A stretch of DNA of 64,000 nt from contig JAQBVF010000018.1 in the NCBI GenBank assembly GCA_027623675.1, positions 1 through 64,000 on the forward strand. The letters are read 5' to 3'. Shown in pieces: positions 58,387 to 64,000 of this stretch. The notes beneath the pieces are model-generated. The model had not been told where the DNA came from, searched no databases, and saw nothing but the letters and a program-made list of their open reading frames with translations. The position numbers and the translations under genes were made by a program. Source of the stretch: Chloroflexota bacterium (lineage in GTDB: Bacteria > Chloroflexota > Dehalococcoidia > Lucifugimonadales > UBA3495). The first letter of the stretch is position 1. Each line of letters starts with the position of its first letter.

Positions 58387-60249
58387 GTGTGCGGCATCGT
58401 AGGGTACGTTGGGGGACAAGAAGCCTGGCCAATCATTTATGAGGGGCTGAGACGGCTTGAATACCGGGGCTACGACAGCGCCGGGATCGCTGTTGTCGAT
58501 GCCAACGGCGACATCCAACTGCGTAAGACCGTTGGCAAGGTCAACGGCTTGGATGGTGATGGCGTCGGCTCACACCTCAAGGGTACGATTGGACTCGGCC
58601 ACACCCGCTGGGCGACTCACGGGCGTCCTTCCCACGAGAATGCCCATCCCCATATCGACTGCGAGCAACGCGTTGCCGTGGTCCACAACGGCATCGTCGA
58701 GAATTACCTAGAACTGAAACGCCGTCTGATCGGCGATGGCCACGTGTTCGAATCGGACACCGATACCGAGGTCCTAACCCATCTGGTTGAGGAGGGCATG
58801 GACCGGGGCCTGAGCTTTCAGGAATCGTTCCGGCGCATGGGCCGCATGGTCAAGGGCTCCCAGGCCATATCAGCCATCAACCAGGGCGATGCCGCCGAGA
58901 TCTGCGCCCTCCGCTTGGGCCATGCCGGCGGCATCGTGGTGGCCCAGTCAGAAGGCCAGGCGATCATCGGTAGCGACCTGCCGGCATTGTTGCCACTGCT
59001 CCATACCGCGTCCAACACGGGTCAGGTTGGCTTCTTGGAAACGGGCGAGATGGTGGTGGTTACCCCCAGTGGCGTGGAATACCAGGATTTGGAAGGCAAC
59101 CACATCGACAAGCAGCCCCGGATGGTCACCCAGGAAGAAGTGCTGGTGGACAAGGCGGGATACCAGCATTTCATGTTGAAAGAGATCATGGAACAACCCC
59201 AGGCGGTGGCCAGCGCCATCCGCGAGCGGGTCAACTTTGAGACCCGGCGGGTGGTATTGCCCGATTTCCCGTTCTCATCCCAGGAGATCGCCGAACTGGA
59301 CCGGGTGATGCTCATCGGCTGCGGCACCAGTTTGAACGCCGCGCACGTGGGCCGTACCTTGGTGGAGCGCTACGGCGGTCTGCCCGCTGAGGCCGAAAGC
59401 GCGTCCGAGTTCCGCTACCGCAACCCCTACATCGGTCCCCGCACTTTGGTCGTGTCCATCGGCCAGTCGGGCGAGACCGCCGACACCGTGGCCGCCATGC
59501 AGATGGTCAAGGAGAAAGGCGGCAAGTTAATCACCATCTGCAACTCCGAGGGGAGCCAGGCGTCGCGCATCGCAGATGGCACCCTATACATGCGGGCCGG
59601 TCTGGAGATCGGCGTCGCCAGCACCAAGACCTTCGTGGCTTCGTTGACCATCTTGAACCTATTGGCCATTTTCCTGGGCCAGTCCAGAGGCGTTTTGGAC
59701 ACGGCCAAGACCCACGAATTAGTGGACGGCCTGGCCCAGATGCCCAGGCTGATCGGAGACCTGTTGGCCGACAGAGCGGTCTACCAGCTTCTGGCCGAGG
59801 AGTACGCGGGCTTCAACAATTTCTTGTTCCTAGGCCGGGGACTGAACGCGCCCATCGCCTCCGAGGGGGCATTGAAGCTGAAAGAGATCAGCTACATCCA
59901 TGCGGAGGGCTACCCGGCCGGGGAGATGAAGCACGGGCCCATCGCCCTCATCGACAGCGCCATGGCCACTGTTGCCCTGGCGCCCAAGGACTCACTGTAC
60001 GACAAGGTTGCCAACAACGTGAAAGAGGTCAAGGCCAGGGATGGCCGGGTCCTGGCCGTGCTTACCCAGGGAGATGTGGACCTGGCGGCCGAAGTGGACG
60101 ACGCCATCTACATCCCAGAAGCTCCCGAGCACCTGATCCCGCTGTTGCTCACCGTGCCGCTGCAATTGCTGGCCTATCACATAGCCTTGCTGCGGGACCG
60201 GGACGTTGACCAGCCTAGAAACCTGGCCAAGTCCGTCACTGTCGAGTAA
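58387..60249 (+). CDS. glmS: Glutamine--fructose-6-phosphate aminotransferase
   Basis: (M)CGIVGY, LEYRGYDSAG, GHTRWATHG, QSGETADT, DQPRNLAKSVTVE. Confidence 0.98.
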   Translation: MCGIVGYVGGQEAWPIIYEGLRRLEYRGYDSAGIAVVDANGDIQLRKTVGKVNGLDGDGVGSHLKGTIGLGHTRWATHGRPSHENAHPHIDCEQRVAVVHNGIVENYLELKRRLIGDGHVFESDTDTEVLTHLVEEGMDRGLSFQESFRRMGRMVKGSQAISAINQGDAAEICALRLGHAGGIVVAQSEGQAIIGSDLPALLPLLHTASNTGQVGFLETGEMVVVTPSGVEYQDLEGNHIDKQPRMVTQEEVLVDKAGYQHFMLKEIMEQPQAVASAIRERVNFETRRVVLPDFPFSSQEIAELDRVMLIGCGTSLNAAHVGRTLVERYGGLPAEAESASEFRYRNPYIGPRTLVVSIGQSGETADTVAAMQMVKEKGGKLITICNSEGSQASRIADGTLYMRAGLEIGVASTKTFVASLTILNLLAIFLGQSRGVLDTAKTHELVDGLAQMPRLIGDLLADRAVYQLLAEEYAGFNNFLFLGRGLNAPIASEGALKLKEISYIHAEGYPAGEMKHGPIALIDSAMATVALAPKDSLYDKVANNVKEVKARDGRVLAVLTQGDVDLAAEVDDAIYIPEAPEHLIPLLLTVPLQLLAYHIALLRDRDVDQPRNLAKSVTVE

Positions 60250-60663
60250 GGCGCTCGGCGCCATTCCCCATAAACCGCTGCCGCGCTCCCTTTTTCACAG
60301 TTGGTGTATTCACGCAGGTCAAGTTGAGTGGATACCCGCATGACCGCGCCCGGCCGACGTGGGACCATGAGTTGTAAGAATCTCAATCGGCGTTTCACTA
60401 CAGGCCGATAAGGAGACAGCTATAGGCAACAAGCAGGCTCCAACTCTTTACGGGTCCGGATAAGGCTAAGAACGAATCCGGCGTGTATCCATTCGGGCTG
60501 CCTGGTTTGCGGTATGCAAGCGCCGAGATTCAGCAACACTCGCCGGATAGAGGATTGCACTAAGGCCACCACGGTGTAATCATGTTTTTACCTTAGCTTT
60601 AGAAATCTAATCACTTTCCGCCATCCTAATGGATTCCCGGGACCGGAAAAGGACAGATTACAG

Positions 60664-61956
60664 ATGTTTTCCAGGCTCGACCACCCACCGGTATCTTTCG
60701 ACGACTACCGCCCGCTGCTTGATCCGAAACTGGCCGACGAACTGGCCAACACCGCTAAGCAGATGGGCCGGTTGCGCGTGTTGCATCTGAACAGCACGGC
60801 CACCGGCGGCGGAGTTGCCGAGATACTTCAATCCATGGTCCCGCTGGGCAATTCTTTGGGCGTGGAGACCGAAAGGATCGTGATCAACCCGGACGCCGCT
60901 GAGTTCTTCCAGGTCACCAAGAAGATTCACAACATGCTGCAGGGCGCCGAGGGGTCCCTGTCCCCGCAAGAACTGGACATCTACATGAGTTGCATCCAGA
61001 GAGTGGCCGACGACATGCAGGCCAAGGCGCTATCGGCGGATGTCTGGTTCGTGCACGACCCCCAGTTGCTCCCTCTGGCCAGATTGCTCCCTAAGAAAGA
61101 CGGTGAGGTCTGGATCTGGATCTGCCACATCGACCTGACGACTCCCAATAAGTCGGTGCTGGATGCCCTGATGCCGCTGACGCAGGACTATGACCAATTG
61201 ATCTTTTCCCAGACCGCCTATGTTCCCGAAGATCTGGGAAGCAAAGTGCCGGTGCTGATCGCGCCGCCGGCCATCGACCCTCTGACCATCAAGAACACGC
61301 CGATGGACCTGCCCCAAGCCCGGAAGATCGTCCAGGCCATGGGCATCGACACCGAACGGCCACTGATCACCCAGGTCTCGCGGTTCGACCTCTGGAAAGA
61401 CCCCTGGGGCGTCATCGACGCCTACCGCATCGCTAGAAAGTCGGTGCCGGGTCTGCAATTGGCCCTCTTGGGCTTGGTCCAAGCCACCGACGACCCGGAA
61501 GCGCTGGAAGTCTTGAAGACCGTGGCCGACCATGCCGAGGGCGACCCCGACATCCACATGTACTTTGACCCCAAAGATATGCCGGTCTCGGTGGACGAGG
61601 TGGTCAACGCCGTCCAGATGGCCTCCCAGGTGCTGATGCAGAAGTCCACCAGGGAAGGGTTCGGACTTACCGTCACCGAAGGCATGTGGAAGGGCAAACC
61701 GGTCATTGGCGGCGACGCCGGTGGCATTCGCGTCCAGATCGATGACGGAGTCAGCGGGTTCCTGGTCTCCTCCCCGGAGCAGTGCGCCCAGAGACTGGTG
61801 GAACTGCTGCAGGACCAGGCCCTCAGCGCCCGCATCGGACAGGCGGCGAAAGAGAGCGTTAGGAAGCAATTTCTGCTGCCTCGCCTGGCCCTCGATTACC
61901 TGAAGACCGCTTTGTTTCACGCAACCGGTCAGGTATCGGCGGTCGGCGGCGACTAG
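60664..61956 (+). CDS. GT4 glycosyltransferase, trehalose glycosyltransferring synthase (TreT)-like
   Basis: HLNSTA.GGGVAEIL, FF.VTKK.HN.LQG, HDPQ, W.CHID, SRFD.WKDP, EGFGLTVTE. Confidence 0.88.
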   Translation: MFSRLDHPPVSFDDYRPLLDPKLADELANTAKQMGRLRVLHLNSTATGGGVAEILQSMVPLGNSLGVETERIVINPDAAEFFQVTKKIHNMLQGAEGSLSPQELDIYMSCIQRVADDMQAKALSADVWFVHDPQLLPLARLLPKKDGEVWIWICHIDLTTPNKSVLDALMPLTQDYDQLIFSQTAYVPEDLGSKVPVLIAPPAIDPLTIKNTPMDLPQARKIVQAMGIDTERPLITQVSRFDLWKDPWGVIDAYRIARKSVPGLQLALLGLVQATDDPEALEVLKTVADHAEGDPDIHMYFDPKDMPVSVDEVVNAVQMASQVLMQKSTREGFGLTVTEGMWKGKPVIGGDAGGIRVQIDDGVSGFLVSSPEQCAQRLVELLQDQALSARIGQAAKESVRKQFLLPRLALDYLKTALFHATGQVSAVGGD

Positions 61957-62184
61957 GCCTTATCCATTTATCGCGCCCCCACCCGCCTAACCTTTCTTTT
62001 GGGTTTCAGGTCTCCTGGGTCTCAGGTCTCCGCGATACTTGGCCGCTTGTATCCCTAGCTGTCCGCGCCCTCAGTTGCCGAATATTTGGTGATAGAGTAG
62101 AGTCTGTTTCGCGGCCTGATCGGGCCTCGATCCAGCGTTTCATTCCGGATTCGTTCGGCAGCACAAGGGACCACCAAGGTAGGG

Positions 62185-63105
62185 ATGAGAATAGTCCGCG
62201 TTAAAGCCCCCGCCACCACCGCCAACATGGGCCCTGGGTACGATTGCCTTGGCCTGGCCCTGGACGTTTGGAATACCATCGAAGTCGAAACCGTTCCCGG
62301 CGGCGAACCTACGGTCGAGGTTACGGGCGAGGGCGCGGGCGAGTTGGGAGAGGGCCGGGACAACCTGGTCTACCGGTCAATGGAATTTCTGTTCCGGGAG
62401 GCGGACCAAGACATGCCCCCGGTCCAGGTCCGTTGCAACAATGAGATTCCCCTGGCCCGGGGCATGGGCAGCAGCGCCGCAGCCATCGCTGGTGGTCTGG
62501 TGGCGGCCAACGCCATCTGCTCCCAGAATTTCTCGGCCAACGACCTGCTGGAGATGGCGGCAACCATCGAGGGCCACCCGGACAACGTTGCGGCGGCGGT
62601 CATGGGCGGGATGCAGCTGGTCATCGTGAACGAAACCGATGAAGGCCGTCAACTTTACACCGTGCCGATCAACGTGCCGCCCGAGCTGCATGCGGTGGTT
62701 TTTGTCCCCGACGTGAGGATAGCCACGGAGGACGCACGGGCCGTATTGCCGGAAAAGGTGTCCATGGCCGACGCGGTACATAACATGGGCCGTGTTGGGC
62801 TTCTGGTGGCCAGTATGGCGACCAATCACCCCGAATACCTGGCCGTGGCAACCCAGGACCGGCTGCACCAACCCTACCGCCAACCCCTGTTCCCCGCCAT
62901 GAAAGTGATATTCAAAGCGGCCACCGATGCGGGAGCGCTGGGGGTTTTCCTGTCGGGAAGCGGCTCCACCGTGCTGGCCCTGACCCAAGGGCGGGAGATG
63001 ACGGTGGCTTACGAGATGGCTGAAGCGGCACGGCAGGCGTCTGTCGAGGGCAAAGTGAGCGTCACCCAGCCGACGGTGCGCGGCGCCCACCTGATCGCCG
63101 GGTAA
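62185..63105 (+). CDS. thrB: Homoserine kinase
   Basis: PATTANMGPGYD.LG.AL, PLARGMGSSAAA, EGHPDN, D.LHQPYR, SGSGST. Confidence 0.96.
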   Translation: MRIVRVKAPATTANMGPGYDCLGLALDVWNTIEVETVPGGEPTVEVTGEGAGELGEGRDNLVYRSMEFLFREADQDMPPVQVRCNNEIPLARGMGSSAAAIAGGLVAANAICSQNFSANDLLEMAATIEGHPDNVAAAVMGGMQLVIVNETDEGRQLYTVPINVPPELHAVVFVPDVRIATEDARAVLPEKVSMADAVHNMGRVGLLVASMATNHPEYLAVATQDRLHQPYRQPLFPAMKVIFKAATDAGALGVFLSGSGSTVLALTQGREMTVAYEMAEAARQASVEGKVSVTQPTVRGAHLIAG

Positions 63106-63119
63106 ACATACTTCCAACC

Positions 63120-64000
63120 ATGCCATTAGTCGTCCACAAATATGGTGGCTCTTCCGTCGCCGACGCCGAGAAGATCAAGAACGTCGCCAGCCGCATCGCC
63201 CAGGTCAGAAAGGGAGGCACCGGCGTGGTGGCGGTGGTCTCGGCCATGGGAGACTCCACCGACGACCTGATTAACTTGGCCCATTCCGTGTCTGGGCAGC
63301 CCCATCCGAGAGAGATGGACCTGCTGCTGTCCACCGGCGAACTGGTGTCCTGCACCCTGTTGACCATGGCCTTGGCGGACCTGGGACACGAAGCCGTGAG
63401 CTTGACCGGCTTCCAGGCCGGCATCCATACCGACACCAGCCACGGCCGCGCCCGCATCGACCGGGTGGACACGGCGCGGATGCAGAAGGAGCTTGAAGCA
63501 GGCCGCATCGTGGTGGTGGCGGGGTTTCAGGGGATCACCGAACAGGAAGACATCACCACACTGGGCCGAGGCGGCTCGGACACTACGGCGGTGGCTTTGG
63601 CGGCAGCCTTGGGGGCCAGCAGGTGCGAGATATACACCGATGTCGACGGCATCTACACCGCCGACCCCCGGATCGTCCCCGAGGCCCGTAAACTGGATGA
63701 GATCGGCTATGAGGAAATGCTGGAGTTGGCCAACTACGGGGCCAAGATGCATCCCCGGTCCATCGAGCTGGGCGCGGTCTATCAGGTGCCCATCTACGTG
63801 GCCTCCAGCTTCAACGACACCCCCGGAACACTGATTCACCAAAACCCGGACAAGATTGGGGCCGACAGTAAGAAGATGGAAAACAGAATCAAAGTCACCG
63901 GCATAGCCTGTACCACCAACGTGGCCAAGATCACCGTGCGCAGCGTGCCGGACCGCCCCGGAGTGGCCGCCGCCCTGTTTGAACCCCTTGCCGGGTCGGG
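63120..64000 (+). CDS. lysC: Aspartate kinase (runs off the window end)
   Basis: Manual translation from ATG 63120: MPLVVHKYGGSSVADAEKIK...VVSAMGDSTDDL...TTLGRGGSDTTAVALA...YTDVDGIYTADPR. Confidence 0.95.
   Translation, partial: MPLVVHKYGGSSVADAEKIKNVASRIAQVRKGGTGVVAVVSAMGDSTDDLINLAHSVSGQPHPREMDLLLSTGELVSCTLLTMALADLGHEAVSLTGFQAGIHTDTSHGRARIDRVDTARMQKELEAGRIVVVAGFQGITEQEDITTLGRGGSDTTAVALAAALGASRCEIYTDVDGIYTADPRIVPEARKLDEIGYEEMLELANYGAKMHPRSIELGAVYQVPIYVASSFNDTPGTLIHQNPDKIGADSKKMENRIKVTGIACTTNVAKITVRSVPDRPGVAAALFEPLAGS

Overview
High-GC bacterial chromosomal window. The gene repertoire (four luciferase-like monooxygenase paralogs, many amidohydrolase/amidase/M20/GGT enzymes, a split methylmalonyl-CoA mutase, coxS/M/G, and a DUF177-rpmF-fabD-nusB-acpP block) is most consistent with Chloroflexota, Dehalococcoidia/SAR202-like; this placement is inference. 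Housekeeping genes are queA, folD, serA, panE-like, mce, rpmF, fabD, nusB, acpP, UDG, rnj, ftsK, holA, glmS, treT-like, thrB and a partial lysC, plus tRNA-Ser(CGA) and tRNA-Gly(TCC). Less ordinary signals: (1) the edge of a probable integrated element at tRNA-Ser, starting with a terminase-small-subunit-like gene; (2) families of short palindromic repeats in intergenic DNA that have also entered queA (twice) and possibly an amidase in frame; (3) three toxin-antitoxin-type modules: an intact DUF4160/DUF2442-XRE pair with a clear operator, a vapBC whose toxin has a TAG exactly at a catalytic Glu, and a doubly frameshifted parE-like toxin (neither dead toxin is in the ORF track); (4) a chlorite-dismutase-family protein that keeps the distal Arg; (5) a stand-alone Moco-sulfurase-like PLP enzyme next to GGT/M20/DinB genes; (6) an LLM-hydrolase-LLM module. 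No CRISPR array, rRNA or intact transposase was seen. All calls come from motif recognition by eye, with no database searches.
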